Of a stretch of DNA of 35,084 nt, positions 11,390-22,510 are shown piece after piece. A program made the position numbers and the translations under genes. The stretch lies in NCBI RefSeq assembly GCF_001194135.2, contig NC_069007.1, forward strand, positions 12,143,824-12,178,907, written 5' to 3'. The notes under the pieces are model-generated. The model was not told where the DNA came from. It made no database searches and saw only the letters and a list, made by a program, of their open reading frames with translations. Position 1 is the stretch's first letter. Every line of letters starts with the position of its first letter. The DNA comes from Octopus bimaculoides. Taxonomy: Eukaryota.

Positions 11390-11416
11390 CAGATGAGCGG
11401 GAAGAAGAAGAAGAAG

Positions 11417-11447
<31 letters not shown>

Positions 11448-12200
11448 GTGATATTTTTTTTATTTCATGTCAATACTCAGACGCATTAACAACCAGTGAA
11501 ACACATCAACGAAAGTCATGTGATACTTATAAAATGAAATTTCTAACATACATATTTTTGTTTTAAAATACCATCATTTTTCATCATAATTATGGCCATC
11601 ATCATCATCGTCATCATCATTGTCATCGTCATCTTTATTATCATTATTTACTACTATTATTATTATTTTTATTTTCCTTTTAAATTATATATTTGTCTTT
11701 AATGTTTACTTATTTTCCTTGAATATCATTTAGTGCTGCAAGCCAATCATAAAATAAAAAGATATCAAAAACTAATATTAGATATAACGTTAGTGATATC
11801 AAATATTTAATCAATATCGCAATTTTCTTCACTTCTTCCCTGCGAATGAAAAGCGAATAAATAACAAAACAAACAAAAACATAGAAAATACATAAATAAA
11901 ATTCAAATTTTCATTCGTCTTCATTAATTTTCGTTATCATGGTTCGCTTTTTTATATGTTTCACATTTGTTTTTGTTGCATATTTTTTTCTTCAATTTCT
12001 CATTTATTTGTCTTTTGCTCTGAGGAATCGTTCGCAATTGTATATAACAGTTACTTTGCACTTACCTAACAGTTAATATTACACATACATAATAAGCTAC
12101 AATTTGAGGCAAGACGAAAAGGAAGAAAAAAATAAAACATATTCTGTGCAGTGGTAGAAGAGGGGAATAAACAGATGTTCTGTAGCATAGCTGGTAACAA
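11390..12200. promoter_or_regulatory. CpG-retaining AT-rich segment, possible promoter or first exon/intron; minus-strand donor AG|GTAAGT at 12066/12065
   Basis: About 15 CpG in about 730 bp of AT-rich DNA versus about 5 in 9120-9840; free of SINEs. Confidence 0.3.
11401..11445 (+). repeat. (GAA)15 microsatellite
   Basis: Directly visible. Confidence 0.95.
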
Positions 12201-12472
12201 TGCTGCCTGGCAAAGGATACATTCATAGTTCAAGTCCAGTCAGTGGAGCCTGCTGTTGGTTTTTCATATTTTTGTCTTTCTCAAATCAGTGCTGAGACAC
12301 CCTTCAGATTTAAAATACGTTTCTCGCTGTATTGCATGTGCATTTGTTTTTTGCATCTGTGATTTTATTTTTGATCTTCTATATAAATGAAGGGAATTCA
12401 TTCATTTTGTTGCTTTTCTTTCTGTGAAATGAAAAGATACATTGCGGAACTGTTATTGTAACGAGTTGTATC

Positions 12473-12588
12473 TATTTATCACCTGATGAGACACATCAGC
12501 ACCACCAGATGGTCCTGAACCAGTTGCTAAGTGTCCCACCTGTGAGGGATCAATGTTAGATGTGTCGAAATAATTGTTGTGGTTAATA
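12473..12588 (+). ncRNA. Type I hammerhead ribozyme motif with a 61-nt stem-II insertion (probably Penelope-like element or retrozyme derived)
   Basis: CTGATGA (12483-12489), stem II GACACATC/GATGTGTC (12490-12497/12559-12566), GAAA (12567-12570), short stem III with palindromic AATT loop, GTT triplet (12576-12578), stem I TATTTATCAC/GTGGTTAATA with 9 of 10 pairs. Confidence 0.75.
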
Positions 12589-12628
12589 ATAAATTCTCAT
12601 ATATTCCATCTTCTGTCATACATTTACC

Positions 12629-12671
<43 letters not shown>

Positions 12672-13027
12672 TATANNNNNNNNNNNNNNNNNNNNNNNNN
12701 NNNNNNNNNNNNNNNNNNNNNNNNNNNNNNNNNNNNNNNNNNNNNNNNNNNNNNNNNNNNNNNNNNNNNNNNNNNNNNNNNNNNNNNNNNNNNNNNNNNN
12801 NNNNNNNNNNNNNNNNNNNNNNNNNNNNNNNNNNNNNNNNNNNNNNNNNNNNNNNNNNNNNNNNNNNNNNNNNNNNNNNNNNNNNNNNCATACACACATA
12901 TATATATACATACACATATACACATATGATCTATTTATAAAGGTTCTAAAATCTTCACAGCCATGGTTTTTTTATCTCATTCTGAAAAATTTTTTTATAT
13001 ATATATACATATGTGTGTGTGTGTGTA

Positions 13028-13059
<32 letters not shown>

Positions 13060-13069
13060 CATATATATG

Positions 13070-13640
13070 AAGAAGTGCTGAATTCTTAGAGCGGGTGGAA
13101 CTCATGGAAGAGAGAGAGACCCAGAAAGACATGGGACGGAGTGCTGAATGCTGATCTCAAGATGCTGAGCCTTACAAAGGAGATGAGAAAGAATCACAAT
13201 ATCTGGCACCTTGTTGTACTCAAAAAGATCCATCCCCCATGGCAGAATTGATATCCTAAACCACTTTTGGTTGGTACTCCTCTCCCAGCTGAAAGGGTCT
13301 TTGTCTTACAAGTTACTCAGTGACCCTGTTGGTGCTGGTCCCACATAAAGAAACACTGGTAATGGTGCCATGTCAAAAGCACTGGTGCTTGTGCCACATG
13401 AAAAGCATTGGTGCTGGTGTCACATGAAAAAAGCTGGTGCTGGTTCCACGTAAAAAGCATCCAGTTCACTCTGTAAAGTGGTTGGCATTAGAAAGGGCAT
13501 CCAGCTGTAGAAACGAACCCAAAACAGACAATAAAGTCCTGTGCAGCCCCTGGTCTTACCAGCTCCTGTCCAACCGAGAAACTCATTTTAGCATGGAAAA
13601 CAGAGATTAAATAATAATGACAATGATGGTGCCGGCTGCA
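13070..13640 (+). mobile_element. RTE LINE 3' end: ORF C-terminus plus 3' UTR (family C)
   Basis: Peptide RPRKTWDGVLNADLKMLSLTKEM...NIWHLVVLKK then a stop at 13249-13251, followed by about 5 tandem ggtgccacatgaaaagca units and the family C tail. Confidence 0.8.
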
Positions 13641-13739
13641 GTGGTGACGGTAATGATGTAGTAGTAGTAGTTGTGTGTATTGATGTTTCACCATATTTGC
13701 TTGAGGCAATGTGAGGCAGAAAAGCAGTGACGTCATCAT

Positions 13740-13915
13740 GTTAGCATTCCCTGGAACAAGACATCCTGAAGCTTTGCACTTTCAGAGTCCTATGCAATGA
13801 GAAAGAACTCACTCACTTGGAAAAACAAGTAGGGAATGGTGACAGAAGGGCTTCTGGCCATAGAATGAATATGTATCCCATGCCAGCAGGGATAAAAATG
13901 TTTAAAGGAAGCTGA
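13740..13915 (+). repeat. Family C-related variant repeat
   Basis: cacttggaaaaacaagtagggaatggtgacagaagggcttctggccatag...cccatgccagcaggg resembles the family C tail. Confidence 0.5.
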
Positions 13916-13924
13916 TTGACATTT

Positions 13925-14150
13925 TTTATCTTTGATCTTTTACTTGTTTCAGTCTGTGGCCATGCTGGGGCAATGCCTTCAAGAACTTTTAGTTGAATGT
14001 ATCAACCTCGGTACTTATTTTTTAAAGCTTGATACTTATTCTATCAGTCTCTTTTGCCAGACTGCTAAGTTACAGGGACTTAAACATACCAGCACTGGTT
14101 GTGAAGCAGTGGGGAGAAACAAAGACACACACACACACACAGATAGACAT
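13925..14150 (-). mobile_element. SINE family B, 3' half
   Basis: ttttacttgtttcagtctgtggccatgctgggg...ctaagttacagggac. Confidence 0.8.
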
Positions 14151-15456
14151 GTGCTATTGGCGATTTCTTTTCCTTCTTTAGACTTTTCTCTTTCTTCTCT
14201 CCAACAATGTTTGTATATGTGATTTTTTTTATTGTCCCCAAGGGGCCAATTGTTTATATGTGTATATGCATGTATGTATGTATATGAGCTTAACAGTGCA
14301 GCTAGCAGCCCCAAACCTTGACACCAGTCATGTAAATTCCTATAATTCTGGCGAAGTTGTGCCAGAGACATTTTGGCAATCTAAGTTTGTAAACTCTTAT
14401 AGTATTATTTGTTTATTCTGGATGGGATCCAAGAGTTAGAGGTGGGCAAGGTCTGGATCAAACTGTATCCAATGACAGGACTAAACAAAGAAGAAAAAAT
14501 TATGACCAAGGTTGCCTCCCAGGTGGCATTAGTGTTCTCATGTTCTACTGTTGCTTTTCCTATATACACTCACATACATGATGATGGCATATACGTGTAT
14601 GTGCCATGTGAGCATGGAACTATTAATAGCTCATAAAAATATATACCACGTTCATTAAACTATATATACATATATATATATATATATATANNNNNNNNNN
14701 NNNNNNNNNNNNNNNNNNNNNNNNNNNNNNNNNNNNNNNNNNNNNNNNNNNNNNNNNNNNNNNNNNNNNNNNNNNNNNNNNNNNNNNNNNNNNNNNNNNN
14801 NNNNNNNNNNNNNNNNNNNNNNNNNNNNNNNNNNNNNNNNNNNNNNNNNNNNNNNNNNNNNNNNNNNNNNNNNNNNNNNNNNNNNNNNNNNNNNNNNNNN
14901 NNNNNNNNNNNNNNNNNNNNNNNNNNNNNNNNNNNNNNNNNNNNNNNNNNNNNNNNNNNNNNNNNNNNNNNNNNNNNNNNNNNNNNNNNNNNNNNNNNNN
15001 NNNNNNNNNNNNNNNNNNNNNNNNNNNNNNNNNNNNNNNNNNNNNNNNNNNNNNNNNNNNNNNNNNNNNNNNNNNNNNNNNNNNNNNNNNNNNNNNNNNN
15101 NNNNNNNNNNNNNNNNNNNNNNNNNNNNNNNNNNNNNNNNNNNNNNNNNNNNNNNNNNNNNNNNNNNNNNNNNNNNNNNNNNNNNNNNNNNNNNNNNNNN
15201 NNNNNNNNNNNNNNNNNNNNNNNNNNNNNNNNNNNNNNNNNNNNNNNNNNNNNNNNNNNNNNNNNNNNNNNNNNNNNNNNNNNNNNNNNNNNNNNNNNNN
15301 NNNNNNNNNNNNNNNNNNNNNNNNNNNNNNNNNNNNNNNNNNNNNNNNNNNNNNNNNNNNNNNNNNNNNNNNNNNNNNNNNNNNNNNNNNNNNNNNNNNN
15401 NNNNNNNNNNNNNNNNNNNNNNNNNNNNNNNNNNNNNNNNNNNATATATATATATC

Positions 15457-15660
15457 GGATTGGGGCTATAGTAAAAGACATTTGCCCAAGATTCCAGACA
15501 GTGGAACTGAACCCAAATCTATGTGGTTGGGTATACGAACTCCAGAACCCCACAGATATACCTTCACACACACACACACACATAGACTCGTTCTGAACTA
15601 TGTGGTTAAGGGGTTCACATCACAACCACATGTTTTCAGGTTCAGTTCCCCGTCTGGAGC
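15457..15660. mobile_element. Two oppositely oriented family B head fragments
   Basis: 15457-15545 is a minus-strand head (gctatagtaaaagacatttgcccaag...gaactgaaccc); 15598-15655 is a plus-strand head (tgtggttaag...caaccacatg...ggttcagttcc). Confidence 0.6.
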
Positions 15661-15952
15661 AATCGTCAATATAATAATGATGATGGTGATGATGCTGACA
15701 ATGACAACAACAACAACAACAACAACAACAACGATGATGATGATGATGATGTGTGTGTGTGTGTAGTTCAGTTCCCCCTCTGGAACGATCAGCTATATAA
15801 TAATGATGATGTTGATGTTGACGATGACAGCAACAACAACAATGATGATGATGACGATGATGGTGATGATGATGATGATGTTTGTGTGTTTCAGTTCTCT
15901 TTCTTGAACCATCATCTATATGATGATGATGATGATGATGATGTTTGTGTGT
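15637..15952 (+). repeat. Three-unit higher-order minisatellite (cagttcc spacer plus GAT/CAA tracts)
   Basis: Units at about 15637-15762, 15763-15890 and 15891-15952. Confidence 0.7.
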
Positions 15953-16099
15953 TAACATTAACGCCAGTGTTTTTTCATCTTACCCTCACTTAGCAGTTTA
16001 ATCTTTGTCAAACAATTGAATGCTGCAGTGGATATGAAAGACTGAGTCCTGTCCTGTGTACTCTAACATGAGCATTGTACTCTATGAGTTCAAGAAAAG

Positions 16100-16640
16100 A
16101 ATGTGTGTGTACGTATGATTGTGTTTCAGTGTGTATTTGCGATTCTCTGTGCGTTTGTGCTTATGACTGTGTGCGTGTATTCATCATTGCGTGTATTTGT
16201 GTTGATGTGTGTATGTCTATTCATGATTGTGTTTATGCGTGTATTATGACTGTGTGTATCTACATATATATGTATGTGCATCAATATATGTGTGTGTCTC
16301 TACATATATGTGCATGTGTATCTATGTATATGCGTGTGTATGTATCAATATGTGTGTATAAGTGTGTAAGTATGTGTATGTGTTTATCTATAGACGTGTG
16401 TATGTATTTATCTATAGACGTGTGTATTTATATCTGTGTATGTGATTGCGCATGTATATATGTATGTATGTGTGTGTGTGTGTATCTATAAATATATGCA
16501 TGTATTTATGTGTGTGTGATTCTGTATGTATCTATGTGTGTCTCTATAAATATGTGTGTGTGTGCATCTATGTGTGTGTGTGTGTGTATATCTATGTATT
16601 TGTGTGTATGTGTATATGTGTGTGCATATATACATGCAAT
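16100..16640. repeat. Degenerate (TG/TA)-rich simple repeat
   Basis: Directly visible. Confidence 0.9.
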
Positions 16641-16929
16641 TAGTTGCTGTTTCCCCAGACTCTCCATTAAACATCCACAAAATATTTCTTTGTACCAAAA
16701 TAGCGAGATATTTGGTTGTGGTGGTGGTGGTGGTAGTAGTCTCGACAACAGCAATGGCAGCAGCAGCGGCTGTGGTGGTGGTGGTAATGAATGTACTGCA
16801 AATGGCTGTTGTTGATTTTGATATTTAAGAAACCATTTCATAAGAATTTTTTTTTACAAAATCCCCAGTTTTTACGAACCAAATCAGGATAAGATTCGAC
16901 AAAAATACTTAAAGTGTTTCTTCTGGCTC

Positions 16930-17122
16930 AGAACGTTTTGAGTTCAAATCCTTCAGAGGTCAACTTCGCTTTTCATCCTTCTAGCATTGATAGAATAGGT
17001 ACCAGGTGAGTACTGGGGCCAATGTGATAAATTAGCCTTCTCCATGCCTCTCAAAATTTCAGGCCTCCTGGTTGTAGTAGAAAAGATTATTATTATTATT
17101 ATTATTTTCATTATTATTATCA

Positions 17123-17177
<55 letters not shown>

Positions 17178-17326
17178 CGTTCTGAGTTCAAATTCCACCT
17201 AAGTCAACTTAGCCGTTCATCCTTTCAGGGTTGATAAAAAAAGTACCAGTTGCGTACTGGAGTCAATGTAATTGACTCATCCCCTCCCCCAAAAATTGCT
17301 GCCCTTGTGGAAAAATTTGAAAGCAT
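16930..17326 (+). mobile_element. Two 5'-truncated family A SINEs separated by (ATT)n
   Basis: 16930-17086 and 17178-17326 each carry gagttcaaat and the family core; (ATT)n at 17087-17177 and 17328-17348. Confidence 0.8.
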
Positions 17327-17349
17327 GATTATTATTATTATTATTATTT

Positions 17350-17785
17350 AGTTTGACTCAGGTTCGGTCTTATTCCAGATAGGATCTATGTGGGTAGCAG
17401 GTTACTACTTGTAACCTTAGATCTCCACAAGTTTTCAGCTGTCTTTCAAGTGCTTAGAACCCTCCTGATAATCCTTGCTGTCCCTAAGAGACAAACTTTC
17501 TACAGAAGCCCTACCGGGCATTCTATTTCAATCTCCTTCAGCCATTCATCTATATCTTTCCTTACTGTTCACCAATTATTATAGGCATGACCCTTGGTGT
17601 TCACATGCTCCAAATTCTACCATTTTTTAAAATGTTTTCTTCGTCTTTCTTTACAATCCTGGAATCAAATGGACATGACGGGTCAATTAGTCAGCAACTT
17701 CGCTTTTCCTTGTCTGTAACTGATATGTCCAGAGCTGACTGTGTATCTCTTCCAGGTGGTGCTATTGAATTAGACATGGCCTGAG
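17350..17785 (-). mobile_element. R4/Dong-clade non-LTR retrotransposon, degenerate 3' end (RLE domain)
   Basis: Minus-strand peptide LDISVTDKEKRSC*LIDPSCPFDSRIVKKDEE...IIIG...TVRKDIDEWLKEIEIECPVGLL*KVCLLGTARIIRRVLST*, then a roughly 95-nt 3' UTR abutting (TAA)n. Confidence 0.85.
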
Positions 17786-18382
17786 TCAAGTTCGGCTGAA
17801 ACTTATCTAAGTAATCTAATCTATGCTGTAACCTTTTAATCAAAGCATGACAACATAGGTAGAGGCTGATATCTTAAACATTTCTCAAGGTGTTTAGTAT
17901 AAAAAAAAATATATTAAAGATTTATATAGAACTACATTCAGAGTATGTCTATAAGCTATTGTGTTTAGACCTGGTTTCTGTCCTCAAACTGTTCCGTTTT
18001 GTAGATTCAATTTTTTTCTTTTGTTAATAAAGCACTCCGAAATTAGGAAAATCAAAAATTTGCAACAATCTTGGTCCCATGAGTATCGGATAATGGATTT
18101 TCAACTGTGTAAAGAAACTGATTGTGGTGATTGTAATTTTGACGTTGATTAAGGTGATCATAGTTTTGACGGTGGTTGTGGTGAAAGCCACATTGATGAT
18201 GACGATGGTCAAGATAAGTATGGGAGGAGGGTAAAATAGTATCGGTGGTTATAATGGTGTCAGGAGCGGTGTGATGTGTGATGCTGAGGTGATGGTGGTA
18301 ATAGTGGTGTTGATGATAGTGTTAGTTGTGTGATGGTGGTACTGCAGTGGTTATACTGGTTGTGGTGGTGAAAGTGAGTGTC

Positions 18383-18710
18383 AAAAATAGATATATATGT
18401 GCGTGTCTCTCCGTTTATGTCTGCTTATGTTTATCAATGCAAGCCAATGCGTCAAGTTGCTTCCCATTATGTCAAACATAACTTAGCAACTTGATAAATA
18501 GATATCGATAAAACAAGTACACAATGTCATGAAAGCTACATCAAAATCAGGAAGAGTCTGAGATGAAGTAATTATTTCTACTCTAGGCACAAGGCCTTGA
18601 AAACTTTTTGGGAAAGGGGCTAGTAAGTGGTACTTGATTTATCGACCCCGAAAGAATGAAAGGCAAAGATGACCTTGGTGAAACTTGAACACAGAACAGA
18701 TGAAATACCG
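18383..18710 (-). repeat. Copy 1 of a roughly 330-bp inverted duplication (includes truncated family A SINE 18571-18710)
   Basis: Reverse complement of 23307-23636, about 17 differences by manual alignment. Confidence 0.92.
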
Positions 18711-19886
18711 TCATGATATTATTGATGGCGGTGTATGTGGTTGAAGTGGAAGCAATGACAATGCTGCTGATGATGATGATGGTGATTCAGGTGATTCCTG
18801 TTTTTAAAGGGTTTTTTTTCTTAAAAAAATCATATGGCTGTGTTGTTTTTTTTTTAACCCCACCAAGAAGGTTATGTTTTTGCCAGCATTGGTTTGGGAA
18901 ATTGGGCGATTTTCAGCATGCGTGTATATGGGTGGAAATGAGTGCTTTTCAAGTTATTATTGTTGTTGTTATTATTAGTGTGGAAGTGGTTTTGATAGAA
19001 TTGGTAGAGCACTCGCAAAAATGTTGGCATTGCATCATTCTCATTTCTGTTCCATGGGCAAAAAAACAAAATTTGATTGTTGTCCAACAAACATTGGTCA
19101 GTTCTCTTGTTTACCACTGTGTCCAGTCTCTAACAAAGTCAAGTTAACAGCAGGATGGGCTATGACGAAGAGGCTGGAAAAGTACACTGCAAATTACGGT
19201 CAGAGAATGTAGAACACTTCATCAGAATCTCTTTATAAAAAGTCTGTAACATCTTAAAACATGAAATTAATGGTTTCCATCTCCCCCCCCCCNNNNNNNN
19301 NNNNNNNNNNNNNNNNNNNNNNNNNNNNNNNNNNNNNNNNNNNNNNNNNNNNNNNNNNNNNNNNNNNNNNNNNNNNNNNNNNNNNNNNNNNNNNNNNNNN
19401 NNNNNNNNNNNNNNNNNNNNNNNNNNNNNNNNNNNNNNNNNNNNNNNNNNNNNNNNNNNNNNNNNNNNNNNNNNNNNNNNNNNNNNNNNNNNNNNNNNNN
19501 NNNNNNNNNNNNNNNNNNNNNNNNNNNNNNNNNNNNNNNNNNNNNNNNNNNNNNNNNNNNNNNNNNNNNNNNNNNNNNNGGCATGTACAATGATTGCCTG
19601 GTCAGTACACTTTACAGCCCTCATTTGCAATGGTTGGTCTTTATAGGCTGGTAAAAATGTTATCATTAATAATAATAATAAAAATAATAATCATAATGAA
19701 AAGAAAAAAAAATTTTGTTGTTTCTTGGTTAATCTTTGGTGGCCTTAATTTTGTTAAAGAGCTTTCTGGATAAAAGTGAAGTGTGTTACATGTTAGGAAT
19801 AAGATAATTCAAAAACCCAATCTTCAGCAACATGACGTGACTAATATTTCTGATTTCACTTTTGATCAAAATCACAGAAGGTCTTA

Positions 19887-19927
<41 letters not shown>

Positions 19928-19974
19928 CTCCCTCTCTCTCCATTGTATGTCTTTAGCATTTTATATCCCCTACC

Positions 19975-20135
19975 CCAAAAAATTAATGCGGTTGCCATTA
20001 GAAGGGTATCTAGCTGTAGAAACCATGCCAAAATAGATCGGAGTCTGATGCAGCCCCGCAGCTTGTCAGCCCTGGCCAAACTATCCAACCCATGCCAGCA
20101 TGGACAACGGATGTTAAATGATGATAATAATGATG
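19975..20135 (+). mobile_element. Family C repeat (RTE 3' UTR fragment)
   Basis: ttagaagggtatctagctgtagaaaccatgcc...ccatgccagcatggacaacggatgttaaatgatgat. Confidence 0.8.
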
Positions 20136-20603
20136 GTGATATGTTTGGAGTGGATCTTCTTTCATACTTTTGTCTGCTTCACATATTATTTCTGGTAACA
20201 TCCAATGCCATAAGATGACAGCAAGTAGTCATGCTGTGCAGTTTATTCATAATTTGATTCATAGCATTACTTCTTGTCATTGGTGACATCAAGACAAGTG
20301 AGACACTTCACTGTGTAACACATCTTATCTTGCTAACACACTAAATGAGTGATAAGTTATGTTGAAGAAATAAAATAACAGAAAACCAAGCTGTATATAA
20401 TTAAAAAGTATCTTAATCATGTGGTCAAGTTTGCTTGGACATTCTAAACCTGCATTAGTTGTGGGAGGGCTTTGGAGAGGCATTCAGTGTCTTTGGTGAG
20501 ATGATTTACATACATTGTGTTCTGACGACCAGCTTGAGTATGGCTCTTGGCTTCCATATCAGTAGGTCACTTGTCAGCTCTTATAAAAATATATAGGAAC
20601 ATA

Positions 20604-21536
20604 TATTGCATTCAGTCATCCCATAAATAATGCAGTTTTTTCAGTTGCATGAACCAAAAGTTGGAGGGATGCAGGATAAACTACCTGCATCAATTTGTTA
20701 TAGAAGCAGGTAGTAATTTTACCTTGTCTTTATTCTTAGTGCAAGTTTTGAAGAATGCAGTTCGATTTTAACAGTTATTTTTTCAAAGTTATAATGGAAG
20801 TGACAAAGGAGCATATTCAGCATATTTTACTTTATGAGTTCAATAAAGGCAACAACACAAAGGAAAGTGTGGGGAATATTAATGCAGTATATGGGGATTG
20901 GATAATAAGCATAAGCCAGTGTCAACGGTGGTTCCAGAAATTCCAAGCCGTAAATTACAGCCTAGAAGACGAGCACTGTTCTGGATGATCTGTAGAGCTC
21001 GACGAGGATGTCCTGCAAACTCTGGTGGAACAAAATCCTATCATAACTGTTGAGGAACAAGCAGAGAAGCTTGGATTTGGTCAGTCGACCAGTCATTCAA
21101 GTCAGTGCTAGAAGAAAAACGACCATCTTTGGTTTCAAGACAAAAGGTGTTCTTCCATCAGGATAATGCTCAGCCACATACAGGGAGGATGACATTCCAA
21201 AGGCTGGAGCAGTTTGAATGGGAGACAATGACCCACCTGCCATGTTTGCCGGACACTGCCCCATCTGATTATTATTTATTCTGCAGACTTCAAAATCATT
21301 TGGATGGAAAAAAATATGAATTCTGTAGACGAAGTCAGAACAGTACTGGAGGAGTATTTTTTGTCACGGACAAGTGAATTTTAGAAGAGGGGCCTTGCAA
21401 GTCTACCAAACAGATGGAAGAGCATTGTAGAAAATGAAAGAGAGTATATTTTGGATTAAAAAAGAGCTTTATTTATCTTAATTTCGAAAAATAAAAGAAA
21501 TATAAAAAACTGCATTGTTTATGGGATGAGTCAATA
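20604..21536 (+). mobile_element. Mariner (DD34D) element, internally deleted and non-autonomous
   Basis: TIRs gtcatcccataaataatgcagtttttt / aaaaaactgcattgtttatgggatgagtcaata flanked by TA-rich ends; ATG at 20794; HTH region, then FHQDNAQPH...PDTAPSDYYLF with 34 residues between the Ds; stops and frameshifts present; the WVPHEL linker and first catalytic D are missing. Confidence 0.93.
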
Positions 21537-21961
21537 TATAAGTACTTATATACTCGCGCAAGCATACTATATACTAATATAGTATCTAAGTATATAGTAT
21601 ACTATTTCAAAAAATAGTGAGAATATCACGATAGTTAATGCTGACTTCTCTAGTTGTTCATATTGGACATTTAAGAACCATAAGTGTTTGTTAGAAAAAA
21701 AACAGTTCTTGATTTGCTGTGAGGAGGAAAAAATACAAAGTTTTTGAAAAGTTGGATTTTTCACTCCTTGAAATTTTTTCAGCTGAAATGTTGGCATTAT
21801 ACTCCTCAAGGCACATCAAATCATTCTAATTACTTAATTTCTTTTATCTTTCGTGGATTAACTTTCCTGATGCAAATCAAAGCACCTGGAGTGTTTTTAA
21901 TTCCAGATCCGACATTATAAAGAATCAACTTGAGGCAGAAGAAAAGAACAAAATTTTTTTT

Positions 21962-22140
21962 ATAGCAATGGTATATTTGTGTGGTTAAGTAGATTGCTTT
22001 GTAACTACATGGTCTTGGGTTCAATCCTACTGCATGGCACTTTAAACAAGGGTCTTTGTTCTACTTTAGTTGAGGTTGATCAATAACTTCTGAGTGATGA
22101 TAGCAAAAAACAAAAAAACAAAAAAAATGGTAGAATCTGT
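21962..22140 (+). mobile_element. Diverged family B SINE head
   Basis: tgtgtggttaagtagattgc...actacatggtcttgggttcaatcctactgcatggcacttt. Confidence 0.7.
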
Positions 22141-22510
22141 GTGTGTGTGTGTGTGCGGGTGATTTTCTGAAGTTAATACAACTCATGGAAGGTCTTTAAA
22201 TTGCTAAAATCTCTGCAATACAGATTTACTCATAATTAAATTGCAAAGGAAAGCAGTATTGAGAAATTGGACAGAAGTAGCTGTTTCTAGGTTGGGAGGT
22301 AGTCGTCCATCTTCTACTTTACATGTTGCTTGCTCTTCAAAGAATTCATCTGCTGGTATACCAAATATGTTCCAAGCATATTTGAATTGATCCAAATGTT
22401 TGTTTACTGTCTTCTCAGTGCTTACCACAGTAATTTTTTTTCAGACGGTGTCATGCATAATCAGCTTGTGTTTTGATGCCGATTTATATCATTCTAATAA
22501 TTCTTTATCT

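Noticed and set aside
12477-12533. Minus-strand 57-nt in-frame exon candidate (VGHLATGSGPSGGADVSHQ)
   Set aside because: Weak donor (gtgata) and fully explained as the antisense of the hammerhead region.
18855-18890. ttaaccccaccaagaaggttatgtttt, reminiscent of a Helentron/HINE 5' end
   Set aside because: Too short, with no matching 3' hairpin or sub-terminal repeat found.
19090-19240. Weakly hAT-like peptide KLRSENVEHFIRISL
   Set aside because: Similarity is too slight, with no TIR or TSD.
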